From: the human T2T-CHM13v2.0 reference genome, Homo sapiens
DNA: 64,000 nt
Assembly (NCBI RefSeq): GCF_009914755.1
Contig: NC_060937.1
Reading direction: 5' to 3' (one strand)
Both the position numbers and the translations under genes were made by a program. Positions 43,929 through 58,197 of this stretch are shown here, piece after piece (the first letter of the stretch is position 1; every line of letters begins with the position of its first letter). The notes beneath the pieces were generated by a model. It saw only the letters and a program-made list of their open reading frames with translations, ran no database searches and was not told where the DNA came from.

Positions 43929-45597
43929 CTAGGTGATGAAACAGAGAGTGAGCTAGTTTCCAAGCAGAGGGTGGATCTTCCCACATGGCCCATTGCAGGC
44001 ACAGCAGGTGAGCATGAAGAAAAAAAATCACTAAGAAACTTCATAAGCATTTCATCAAGGTAAAAGTAAGACATCTCGCATTGTGGTAAACTGGTTGACA
44101 AACCCTTTCAGTAGAGCCTACATGGGCACTAGAGAAAAAGTAGCTCCTATTAGGTATATTTTCAGGACCTCCATAAAAACCACCGTTTCCCACCATTACC
44201 AACATTACTCAATGGTGATTCTTCAGTGTCTTTTATATGAATATATGGATTAATGTACCTTTGTTCAATCCAGACTAACACTGTATTATGCTGTTTTCAG
44301 TTAAAGAGGAAGAAGAAGCAGAAAAGCCTTTTCTTTCTTTTTTTTTTTTTCTTATTTTTTCCCCCATTGACCTGCATCAGATGTTCTGCAGAGCCAAAGA
44401 AATAGAACAGGAAAAGGGAAGTACAGGAAAGGCATCTCATTCAAGTTCTCTTCAGAGCACCACATTTGTTAACCAGGCAAATATTTTAGCTGAATTCAGG
44501 CATTCTATCGCCTGAGATGGACAAGTTGAAAGTTAGCTATCATACTAATAAAGGGTTCTTTACTTTTATTTAGGCCAATAAATAAAAGCCGCAGTGTTGA
44601 CATCAGAAAGGTCTAAGTTCGACTCCTAACTCTGCCATGTTCTTTCTGATTTACCCTGAAAAATTCCTTTATAAGTAAGGATATTTTTTCATCTATATAA
44701 TGGGGTTGCATCTACTTCACGGGGTTAAATAAAGATTAATAGACACAATGTCAATTAATAGAAAGGTTCAGCACAGTTCCTGGAAAACAGTACACACCTA
44801 TAATATACTCTATAATATATTACTAATAATTAACATAGCATATTATCCAGGGGGCACCCATTGATACACAGAAGAGAGCATGGTCTCAAGGGGCCAGGCC
44901 ACCAGGAAGGTACTGGCAGTTGGGCAGTGGATATGGAGGGGAGATATTAGGAGACTCCATAAGAAGAAGGCTAGACTGTGAGCAGAAATTGTACCTGATA
45001 CACTTTTTAAGAAAAGGAAATCATTTCTAATCCACAGGGTAGGTGCTGTTTTTACCCTTAATATACAAAACTTGGGAGCAGAGAGGTGAATAATTCCCCC
45101 AGGGTCATATAGGTGGTAAGGGGCAGTGCCAGACTAACCCGAGGTCTCTGCAGAGTCCAACCACCTGTTACACTTTTTAAAGCCAGACATTCAGAAATGG
45201 TCACTGTCTTTGTGAAGAAGAATTAGCAGAAGCTAAATCCCCTCCCGAAGCTGCTTTTTCAGGAGATATCAAAAAGCCTACCAAGGCAAATGACAGTTTT
45301 GCTCCCTGAGTCTGGGTACAGAGTCAGAGAAAAAGGAACTATGAGAGCCTTTACCAATCACTGAGTCTAACCTGCATTTTAGATAAGGGACGGAGGTCAT
45401 GAGGGGTTGAACCATTTATCCAAGATCACAGAGCTGGACCTTAGGCTTTATCACCAGTCCATTTGGTCCAGTCAGAGACTTCTATGCTGCCATGGTTAAT
45501 ACATTTTATTTTTCCAGGAAGCAATTATACCATACCCTAGTCAAGTGCATAGTAAGTGTTTATAATAACTACTCAATACGTATTGAACGGTGCCTAC

Positions 45598-45722
45598 CTG
45601 CATGGAATTCCGCTCACATTTAAATGGGCTTTCACATTGTCGACATCAGATGCATTTACAAAAAAATGGACTTGTTTTTTCTTCACAATAAGGTCAGCTG
45701 TTACCGGCTGCCAGAGAACAAT
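45598..45722 (-). CDS. CPB2: CPB2 exon 3 (125 bp; IVLWQPVTADLIVKKKQVHFFVNASDVDNVKAHLNVSGIPC), activation peptide
   Basis: Acceptor actgtag|ATTGTT, donor ATGCAG|gtaggc; N-glycosylation sequons NAS and NVS. Confidence 0.97.
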
Positions 45723-46204
45723 CTACAGTTTAAGGGGCAAAATTGATAAAATTAAAAAAGAGTTGTTCACATCATTCTCATCTGTAGCTAGAGCCATGAC
45801 AGTTTTATCTATAAGGAGTATGAAAAGGACACTCCCTGGTGCTGGTCCCCATCCACACACATGGTAATATAAACATTTATTTTGCAGTGAGTTTTTTAAA
45901 ATTCCTTTCTATAACTCTAGTTGCTAAAAAAAAATAAAATAAAAGGGCCTGGAATGTACAAGATAATCCATAAATATTTGATGAGACAATGATGAATGAA
46001 TGACTATATTCATGGCTTAACTGTAAAATTGCATGTGTACATCAGATATTTGAAAGGAAACAAAATTTTTTCTAGAAAGAAAGTTGATTAAACATTGATT
46101 TTATTTAATAAAAATTTCATGTTCTTGTAATTATCATCATGTCATTGTTCCTTTTTTTAAAAAGGCTTCCAATAAGATTTACATTTTTTCTCTCTTAATG
46201 TGCT

Positions 46205-46520
<316 letters not shown>

Positions 46521-47156
46521 ACGTACTTTTTCAAAGCACTTTCACACTCATTTCCTTTGATATTTATAACGCTTTGATATAGACTAGGCAGGTGTTATTA
46601 TTTGCATTGTTCAGGTGAAGAAATTAAGGTTCATACCTGACATCTAAAATCATACACCTAGAAATGACAGAACAAGAACTAGAATTCTAAATCTCAGATG
46701 CTTCCTCTTGTAGTATTTCCTCTTTACCATGATGTGGTGGTCGTGAATATGCACCATTTAGCTCTTCGGTTGAGAGAAATACAGTTGGCTGGTGTTTTCA
46801 GTGGCTGCCCTGGTGACCCACTAGAAGCTGAGGCCATGTGGTCTCAGGGCTGCATCCAGCCAGTAACCGAGTCCTGTGGAAGTGTTAATGCAGGCCCATT
46901 CTTGCCAGACTGAGACTGACCTAGCCCAGCCTTCTTTGGACCTGCCCTATAGTCTGAGATTCTCCAAACAAAATTCCCCTTTCTGCAGAGGTGTCAGAGC
47001 TATGACATGGTCTGATGATGCTCTCTGCCTTCTCCAGCTCCCGCCTCTATCCTCCAACAGCATTCCCCTCATCGCTTGCTCCTCCAGTCTAGTCTTGACC
47101 TCTGCTTCTTGGAAAACACTAACAAACAAGGAGCCATCAATTTTGTACCATGATAT

Positions 47157-48703
47157 TGTTACAGGATCCCTGGGGTCGCTTCACCAGCAGAAACCTCTGT
47201 GGTCAGTGGCGCCTTTGCCTAAGCTTTGCTCAGGCCCGCTGAGCCCACTCGGCCTGGCAGGCTGCACTCATCTCGTGCTACTGGCTTGGGTCTCATTCGT
47301 GCCAAGGGCGAGCTGAGCGGTGAGGGGTGTGTGAGTGAGCAGGTGTGGGGTCCAGCTACTACACACAGCGAGGCATGCTGGCTGCGGCAGGGTGGGCATC
47401 TTTCGGCTCCCTGCAAGGCTGTGGCTGGACCAGGTGTCCCTCAAGCAGCTTCAATGGCTGGCACCGGGGAAGGTGGTGGCACCCAGAAGTTTGGAGACGT
47501 CAGGAACCACAGAGCCCTAAAGAGGGTGTCATAGTCCTGCCTCGGGGAGTTCTTAGGTCTGAGCTCCCCAAAAGGCTGCAGCTCTTCTCTCCTTCTTGTC
47601 ACCCACAACGTGGCAAGCAAGGGGCGTGTTTCAGCCCTGTTTGTGTTAGAGCTCTTTCACCTCCACCATTTGGCAGGTTCAGCGCCCGGGAACAATGACG
47701 TACGTGGACAAGCGGAGGGTGAGCAAGGTGAAGAGGAGCTTTACTGAGTAATAGAACAGCTCAGAGGAGACTCGCGGTGGGTAGCTCCTCTCTGCAGCCA
47801 GGGTGTCCTGATGAGTGTTAGTTCTCAGCAGAGAGGAGACCCTGGAGTGGGTGGCTCCTCTCTACAGCTGGTCCTCCCCATGTCTCTCCAGAAGAGTCTG
47901 GCTGAATCCGGGGGATTTCTATGGGCTTCAGATGGGAGGAAGTGAGTGCTGATTGGTTCATGGGTGGCCATAGGCGGGTGCGGAAAAATCACCGTCAGTT
48001 CCCACTGCGGTCCACGGGACTGGCAGCCTTCCTGGGCTTGAAGGTGGGGCTTCACCAGGGACCCGCCCTTTTCTGCCTAGGATCCTGTCTGCCTCCTACA
48101 GCTATTTATGGCACCCAGGATTTTCCAGCTGAGGGGGCCTGCAGGCCAGTGCCGAGAAGCCCTCAGCCACCCCCTTGGCTTCCCTCCTGTGCTCGTCAGT
48201 ACCCAAAGTCCAGAGGGGGCTGAGGCAGCAGGGGGCTAGCATGTCAGTACCGCTCTGATCATGCACACAGCCAGCCAGGTTGTGACAACACCTAGGCTCA
48301 GCCTCAATTTTGCTCCAAGATTGGAGTGAGCACCAGGAACTCGGAGAGACCAGACAGTGGGAGCAGGCACTTCCGAGCCTGTAGGGGAATGAGGGTCCTT
48401 CTCAGAACACTGAGAGTGCAGAAATGCCTGGGTCTGCAACCCCAGCTGGGCAGCTGCAGCTGCGCCCAGGAGGGCAGGGCTCCTGCCTGCTCCTGGCCCC
48501 CAAGAGCACAGGGATGTCCAGGTCTGTAGCTGCAGCGGGCAGCTGCAGCTGCGCCTGGGGAGCATGAGGCTGCCGCCCTGCCATCACAGAAGGGGGCGGG
48601 ACTTTTACCTCCTCCTGGCTTCTGCTGGCTCCGTGGAGCACACAGCCCCAGCCGTGCCTCCCGCATGGCAGCAGCCGCTCTAGATGGGCCGCCACTGCCA
48701 TTA
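47157..48703 (-). mobile_element. MER52-family ERV1 solo LTR (~1.55 kb, GC-rich)
   Basis: Minus-strand start TAATGGCAGTGGCGGCCC, end GGATCCTGTAACA; 4-bp TSD atat at 47153-47156 and 48704-48707. Confidence 0.88.
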
Positions 48704-49123
48704 ATATTCTGTAATTCTTGTCAATTTTCTACATCTTAGACATTATGTCGAGATGGGTGCCTGGGTGAGAATTTTAATAAATGTACTCTGTCTTTCTGGT
48801 GCATCCTTGGTTAAGAACCATTGTTTCATGAGTAAGGTTTTATTTATAAATATTTTAATTTCTGTTACTGTAGCCTCTTTGTAAGTGCACACTTTATATC
48901 CCAAGGTACTATTATGAAATTGGCTGGAAAGCCAATAGCACAAGTGAAGAAGTGTTGATTTGGGGAACCAACAAAATCATGTGATTATGAGAAGGGAGAG
49001 AAGACTATGAGAAGAAGAGTTCATACCAGATACATGTAAGCCAGACAACATACAGGAGGAAACTCAACACCCAGTGCTTATACAAAGTGAAACCAATATA
49101 AACATAAATTAGGGAGAAATTAC

Positions 49124-49199
49124 CTCATATGTTGTAGTAAGATTCTGTAGAACTTGAACTTGCCTAGAGGTTCTAGGAAGAGCAGCTAGAACTTGGCCA
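49124..49199 (-). CDS. CPB2: CPB2 exon 2 (76 bp; GQVLAALPRTSRQVQVLQNLTTTYE); exon 1 (signal peptide) lies beyond 64000
   Basis: Acceptor tccccag|TGGCCA, donor TATGAG|gtaatt; recognised TAFI N-terminus. Confidence 0.97.
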
Positions 49200-50951
49200 C
49201 TGGGGAAAAAAATAAAAGAGGATTTTGATATTAAATAAAGAGTAAAGATGGAATATATTATACTGTGAGGAGCTTTTAGGTAATTGCAAAAGGGAAACAA
49301 AATTTAAAATGTTATTAGGACAGAGGATCTTACTACAGATTCAGTGTAATAAGAGAACATATACTCTCAGTCTTTATGCTCCTAAGCAATTGCAAAATCA
49401 ACAGCTCTCTTGACTGGGGGTCAGTTTACAGAGTATTTACTTCTTTCCTTTTTCTTGTGCGTGCATGTGTGTTTTAATTTTAAAAATTAAATATTTGATG
49501 CATAAGGGAATATTTATGCTGATCCTAGTTAATTATACAATAAAATGAATGCCTGTGAACCCATCACCCCACTTAAAAAGTCCAGCTTCCTTGACATCCT
49601 GAAGATCCTTGTGTGCTCCTCTCTGTCCTACCCCCTTGCCACATCACCAGAGGTATCCTCTACCTTAAATTTTGACTTTTGCTCATTCCCTTGTTTTTCT
49701 TTATAGCATGGATTTTTAAACACATGTATGTGTGAATTCTGAAACAATACCCTTAGATTTGCCTGATTCAACTTTATAAAAATGGTATACTATATGTATT
49801 CTTCTGAATCTTGTTTTTCTTTTGTTCAGTATTATATTCTCAAGATTATCATCTGTGTTGAAGTAGCTAGCCATAGTTCACACGTGAAAGCATTTTCTTA
49901 CAAGTGGAATTGCCATTTCATGGGATATGCACAGTTTTAATTTCATAGGATAGTGTCATATCAGTCCTCAAGTTTTTTGTATCAATTTATATTGTCAGTA
50001 GCAGTGGAAAAGATTTCCTGTTGTTCTTCCTCCTTGCCAATACCTGATGCTCTCTGACTTTTCAACTTTTGCAATCAAATTTTTATGAAATGAAATTTTC
50101 TTGTGATTTTGATTTTCATTTTCTGACTTATTAATGAAGTACAGTTGTTTATATTTGATTATTGGCCATTCATATTTTTGCTTATATGTTATGTTTATTC
50201 AGATCAACTGCCCATTTTTTTCTAATTTACTTGTATTTTTGTAGTAGTTAATTTGTATAATTTCTTTATATATTCTAAATACTAATTTCTTGTCAGTTAT
50301 ATGTATTGCAAATATCTTCTAGCAGTTTGTAATTTGTCTTTTCTCTTTCTTGATGATGTGCTTTTTTTTTTTTAATCATTTCCTTCCAGGTTTGTGTGGT
50401 TTAAGATGTCTTTCTAGATATCTGGGATATAAAGATATTCTCATATACTTCTTCTGTCCTTCTTATTTAAATTTTAAATTCAATTGAAAATTATTTGGTT
50501 GGGTGCAGTGTAAAGAAGAAATAGACTTCTTTTTTTTTCTTCTTAGCATCGTTTATTATTATGATTTTTTACATCATCTATATTTTTCCCAGGGATCCAC
50601 TATGTCAATTTTGTCATATATCAAGTTTCCATACTGTTTGGCAGAGAAAATGTTGGTTCATCAACACCACTGCCTCTTCCTGCATAGACAGAAAAACTTC
50701 ATTACCCAGCCTTCCGTGTGGTTGTGTTGAGAGCCAGTGCCTGAGCTTTGCCAATGGGAATGCGTGGGAGTGTTATAGGTGCCTAAGAGTAGGTGTGTCT
50801 TCATGTGCACGTGCCCCCTCTCATCCTGCGGCCAGAAGCAAAGAGCCTCAAATGTGGAGTTGCATAATGGAAGCAGCCAAGATCTCCAAGTTGAAGGAGA
50901 GCACCAGGGAGAGTTCTATGACCTTCATCAATTAGTATTATGAGTGAGAAA

Positions 50952-51299
50952 TTGCTCTGATCTGAATGTTTGTGTCCCCCCAAAATTCCTATGTTGAAAT
51001 CCTAACCTCCAAGGTATTAGGAGATGAGGGTTTTGGGAGGTGATTAGGTCATAAGGGGAGAGGCTTCATGAATGGGATTAGTGACCTTAAAAAAGAGATC
51101 CCCTCCCCCTTCCACCATGTGAATATATAGCGGGAAGGTTCTGTCTATGCGGAAGATAGTCCCTCCCCAAACACAAGAATTAGCTGGTGCTTTGTCATGA
51201 ACTTCCCAGCCTCCAGAACCGTGAGAATAAATTTCTGTTGTTTATAAGCTACACCACTTAAGGTATTTTTTGTTATAACTGCCCAAACGTACTAAGACA
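50952..51299 (+). mobile_element. MaLR solo LTR (MST/MLT1A-like)
   Basis: tgctctgatctgaatgtttgtgtccccccaaaattc … aataaatttctgttgtttataagctac … ctaagaca. Confidence 0.85.
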
Positions 51300-51740
51300 G
51301 AATTAACCCTATATTGTATTAAGTAAAGCTGTTTCAGGTTTTATTAGTGATTATAGCATAATCAAGGATTACCCTTGCTAATATAATGTGCTCTATTTCT
51401 TAGTTCTCTATTATGTTCTATTGATATATTTGTCTACCCTTGAGCCAATACTACTCATCTTAGTGATGGTAGCTTCATATTACATCCTAATATCTTAGAG
51501 AACAAACTCTTGCTTCCCCTCTGCCCTGCCCAATTCTTTTTTTTTTACAAGCCTCTTGTCTTGATCCTTTGCTTTTTCACATAATTTTTAAAAATCAGCT
51601 TGTTATGTTTCATGAAAAAAATGAAATTTTCATTAGAATTATATTGGATCAATAGATTAATAATTTGGAAAGAACAGATATACTCATGATTCTGAGTGTC
51701 ATTATTAATAAATACAGTGAATTTGTCTATTTGTCTATTC

Positions 51741-52401
<661 letters not shown>

Positions 52402-52626
52402 TGCACATTTTTAAATTATGTTTTCTTCTAACAAATTTGCCTTTTCGTTAGTAAATGGTAACTTTTAACATGCCACCTCTAAGCTCTTTTTTGCTAAGAT
52501 ATAGAAATAAAAATGATTTTTGGTGTTGATTTTCTATTTAGCTCTCTTGGTAGTTTTGATAATTTTGGTATAGATATTTGGGGGGATATTTCTCTTTGCA
52601 AGTAATCATTACATCTGCACACACTA

Positions 52627-52672
52627 TTAGGTTGGTGCAAAAGTAATTGCGGTTTTTGCCGTTACTTTTAAT
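52627..52672. mobile_element. Half MADE1 (Hsmar1 MITE) terminal inverted repeat
   Basis: TA-ttaggttggtgcaaaagtaattgcggtttttgcc. Confidence 0.88.
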
Positions 52673-54243
52673 GTACTTAATGTACTTTTAATACGTTCTG
52701 CTTCTTTAATTTCAATGCTTATAGAGCCCCTTTTCCCCTTCCTTTTTGTCTTGCTGTGTTGCCTGGGACTTCAGTACAACATTGAATAGAAGTGGAGATA
52801 AAATGCATGATTCCTGATTTTTAAGAAAAACCTTAAAATATTTTACCATTAGAATGCTTGTTGTAGATTTTTGGTAGATGTCTTTTATCAGTTTTAAAAA
52901 ACTCCTTGCTCTTTGTTAAGAGTTTTTATGATGAATAAGTGTGGATTTTAAATGCTTTCTATAAGATGAGCATATGGGTTTTCTGGCTTAATATCTTAAT
53001 GTGGTGAATTATATCAATAGATTGTTTAAAAAGCAGACACTTGGTTGGTTTTCTCACCTTTGCTTTGTTGTATTTCTATTTTGCAACTGTTGCTAAGGTT
53101 GTGAGAATTCTTGGTGATTCTTACACAGCCAAGGCAATAGATTAATGTGACTCAACATGAATTTACTTTATTTTCACATACCACTTAGAAAAGAAAGAAT
53201 TTCTTAGCAAATGTCCTCATTTCTGCAGCTCTCCATCCAGTTTTATAGGTAAGTGATAAGGAGAGAAAGGAAGCAGTGAGGTGAGGGATTGTGGACTCTG
53301 TTAACGGCAATGGCATTCTCAGGTTTCCAGTATACCACTGAGTAACCTCACAAGAACTATTTTATTTAAATTAAAATTAAGCATGTTGGTGGCATTTGCC
53401 AGCTCTGAGCCCCCCCTTTTTTTTAACTGAACGAGATTTTTCTTTTATTTTCAAACAAATATTGCCCTTGAAATATGACGATAGATATATTTTAAATTAG
53501 AAAAAATGCTTCCTCTTGCTTTATTTAAAACTAATCTTAGACTTTGCTTCCAGTTATACCCTCCTTTATGAAATAACTAAAAACCTGGACAAAATGTATG
53601 GAACAACAGCACTCAAGACATTAGACAACAGCAACATTATGACTAAATGCAACATGGTGTTCTGGATTAGATCTCGGAACAGAAAAAGAGCTTTAGTGGG
53701 AAAACTGGTGAAATCCAAAAAAGTCTGGAGTTTAGTTAATAGTAATATAACAATGTTGATTTCTCAGTTTTTACTAATACATCATGATAATATAAAATGT
53801 TAACATTAGGGTATATTGGGTGAGGGGTATACAGTTGTATTACAATTGGCAACTTTTCTGTAAATCTAAAAATATTCCAAATAAATCATCTTATTTAAGA
53901 AAACCATGTACCAAGAGCTCTCAAAGCACAAAAGAGGTTATGATAACTTCTGTTTGTCATTATTAGCAAAGGCTTCATAGAAGGGATGTCTGGGTGTGTA
54001 AGAATGTCTAAGAGTGGGTAAAGGCACAATAGCAAGAGATAAAGGGCATTTTTGGAAAAATGGCTCTTGTTCATTGTTGCCAAGTATAGGATACGGGTGT
54101 TTAAAGCAAGAGAAGAATGGGAGCTAAACAGAAATGAGTGTGGGAAGTTATGTTCATCCTTCCCTAGAGAAGGTCTTGAATGCATGCTGAGAAATTTGGA
54201 CTTTATCTTGTAGGCAATTAGAAGTTAGAAAGGTAACATTTGA

Positions 54244-54590
<347 letters not shown>

Positions 54591-57076
54591 AAGGATAACT
54601 TTAACAAGGGTGGAGGGTGGCTTTATTTTGGAAATCCTGAGTAAAATATTCTGAATTCTGGAAATAAGTCTATGGAGAGACTTGCTTATTAGAAGAGGGG
54701 AAAAGTAGCTAGACTGAGAAATTTTATGTCAATCTCTGGTACAAGTTTAGCATAAACTATTAAACCACTGATTAAAGATACATGTTCAAGGATGTGTATT
54801 ACGGCATTATTCATAGTAACAAAACCTAAAAACCATGTGAATGCTCAGCAGTAACAGAATTGTCGAATGTTGGTAGTGTCTCCACATTCTAGAATGCTTT
54901 TCAGTCATTATAAAAAATGAGTTTGATTTATAACAGTTAACTTGGGGGCTTTAAATGGCATATTAAGGGAGAAAAGCAAGATATGGAGAACTTTATGAAA
55001 TATGATCCTATTTTTGGAAAAAAGTTAGAAAGATAAAGAAAAATTATATGTGTTAAAATCAGGAGAAAATTATACATAAATAAACAACACATTGTTAGCT
55101 TTGATTTGGAGGGTGGGAAATGGCAATTGAAGCCTTGGGTAAGTGGCAGGGGAAGAACAAATGAGATTCTTTTTAAAAGAAAGGTTTCTATAGTACCAAT
55201 AGGAGATACAACATTGAACTAGTATACAATTATACCCAGGGAGGTATAACTATGTGGAGAAATGTATGAAAGGATGATCACAAACATGTTCATATTTTCA
55301 CCAGGATGGTGAAATTTTAGTATTTTCTCCCTAATTTTATGCTTTTCTGTATTGTTTACTTTTTAAACCCAAAAGAACTCCTATTCTTGTATTTATTCAA
55401 GAAAATTAAATTTAAAGAAAAATCTCCTTTGACTGTGAAAAAGCCACTAACAAGCTTCTCAGTGATGCTGGTAACCCTCTCATCTCACCAGCACATTCCT
55501 TATTATTTTCATAAACAGAATGTTCTCTGGGCCCTTGGAGTAGCATAGTCACCCAGTGGGTTTTCTAGCCTTACATAGCATTTTTATTCTAGTGTGCTCT
55601 ATCTCTTTTTTCACCATCTGCCACATTCGCTCTGACATTTCTAGCTCAGATGGTGCAGGCCATGCTTTCTCCAAGCTTCCAAAAACTACCCTAACAGCAT
55701 GTTTGTACCACCTCTCAAGGAACTAACTAGAATGTTAAATTCTGTAGCATGGGTGAGTGCACCTCCTTTGGGGTATAGTCCCTTTCCTTTGTTAACATGC
55801 CCAGCACTTCCACAGCCAGCTTATGTTGTGACTACCCTAGGTTATTGGCTTGAAGGCCAGGAGGGGAGGTGGGAATAGATCCTGAGGGCTAACTACAGGA
55901 CATGCCATTACAGAACTGAGCTCTCTGATACCAATGGAGATGTTAAGATCCCTGTATAGAGAAGCCAGGCGGGAGGGCTTAACCACCAGTAACAAGTTGG
56001 GCACAGTTATTACAATGAGCAGTAAGGTCGGAGTGGCAGCCAGAGGACCATGACCCTTAGAAAATTGTGGAGTCGGTTAGGAGAACACAGAGTTCTTAGG
56101 GGCAAGATAGAGAAGCAGCCAACAAAAGGATTGCTCAATCTTTACAATAAAAATAAATCAAAGCTGGATAATGAGAGAGGCTGAGGACAGCTATCCTAAT
56201 CAAAAGTCATAATCCATTGCCCTTTTCCAGATCTGAGCTGTTCTTAGACCCAGAATTTCTTGCCTGAAGGAGGAGTCAGGTCCCCACAAGGAAAGACCCT
56301 GCAACTGTATAAAAAAAGAATCTAAAAAGATCATGACTCCTTCAGTCCTTTCCCAAAGAGACCTATGGAAATTTCCTCAGGTAAGTCTGCACCCTGGGGA
56401 AAGGGTAATACTCAAATATTTTCAGGTGTGTTGGATGCAGGGTCACTATCCAAGTTGATTTTGAAACTTGGGTATCTGGAGCCCTAGCCTAAGACTAGCT
56501 CATAGCGGGTGCACCATGTTAATGGATTCCCCCATCATTATTTCCCTGGTCACCAAATGTATAATTGACATGAACATACTAGGTAGTTGGCAGAACCTCC
56601 ACATTGTTTCCTTGACTGTAAGACCAGAGCTATCATAGTGGGAAAAGCCAAAAGGAAACCTCTGAAATTGCCCAACCTCCCAGCCAAGATATCAAAATTA
56701 AAAAAAAAAAATTCATCCTTGAGGGGAAATGACAAATATCAGTACCACCCTTAAAGACCTAAAAGATGCAGGGATGATAGATCCCATCAAATCCACATTT
56801 AATTTGCCATCTGGATCCCACAAAAACCAGATGGATCCTGGAAAACGACAGCAAACAATCAAACTCAACCAAGCAACAATCTCAATTGCAGCCATAGTGC
56901 TTGATGTGGCATCTTTGCCGGGGTAGAGTCTCAGGCATATGGTATTCAGCTATTGCGCTGGATATGTCAGTCGGAAAAAGCATCAGAACAGTTAACATCC
57001 ACTTGGGACAGACACCAGTGCATATTTACAGTCTTGCCTCAGCTTTAATTAACTTTCTCACTCTCCAGCTGCAAGA

Positions 57077-57802
57077 TGTGTACTTGATATAAGCCCCCAG
57101 CTACTGTGCTCTGAAATCTGTCCCTGTGTTAGTGCTAATACCACATTTCCCACTGGCTTCTTGCAGCTAATAACTGAGTATGGTGGGGATACTAAGGGAG
57201 GCTCTTTCTACAAAACTGGAAACTCTTCTGATGTGTGACTCTGGCTATAGGACTTTTTTTTTTTTTTTTTTTTTTTGAGACAGAGTTTTGCTCTTGTCAC
57301 CCAGGCTGGAGTGCAATGGAGCAATCTTGGCTCACTACAATTCTGCCTCGTGGGTTCAAGTGATTCTCCTGCCTCAGCCTCTCGAGTAACTGGGATTACA
57401 GGCACGCACCACCACACCTGGCTAATTTTTGTATTTTTAGTAAAAACGGGGATTCACCATATTGGTAAGGCTGGTCTCGAACTCCTGACCTCAGGTAATC
57501 CACACACCTCGGCCTCTCAAAGTGCTGGGATTACAGGTGTGAGCCACCGTGCCTGGCCAGGACTCTTGGTTGGTTTTGCCAAAACTTTCTTAGAACTGCA
57601 CTACGACCTGAAATGTTCCCTACCTGCTTCCTTCCTTTCCTCTCTCCTCCACAGGGGTTAAGCTTGCATTGCAGTCTCATGGCTCTCCCAGCCTCCTCCA
57701 GCCCTCTCCCCATTTCTTGCACCCAAGCATTTTCCTCAACACACCTCTTGCACAGCTAATCCCATCTTGGTGTCTGCTTCTCAGAGGATCATAACTGACA
57801 CA
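57077..57802 (+). mobile_element. ERVL-family LTR (LTR16/LTR33-like) nested in pol, itself interrupted by an antisense Alu (57254-57557)
   Basis: End ctaatcccatcttggtgtctgcttctcagaggatcataactgacaca typical of ERVL LTRs. Confidence 0.6.
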
Positions 57803-57836
57803 AGTAGGAAGAGGAAGTCTGATACATGGACAGTCA

Positions 57837-58197
<361 letters not shown>

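Noticed and set aside
43688-44101. 137-aa stand-alone ORF
   Set aside because: It is CPB2 exon 4 plus flanking intron read in frame; the same applies to the ORFs at 3498, 15004 and 49109.
46876-48701. Cluster of overlapping 60-146 aa ORFs on both strands
   Set aside because: They fall in or beside the GC-rich MER52 LTR, where stops are rare; no recognisable domain.
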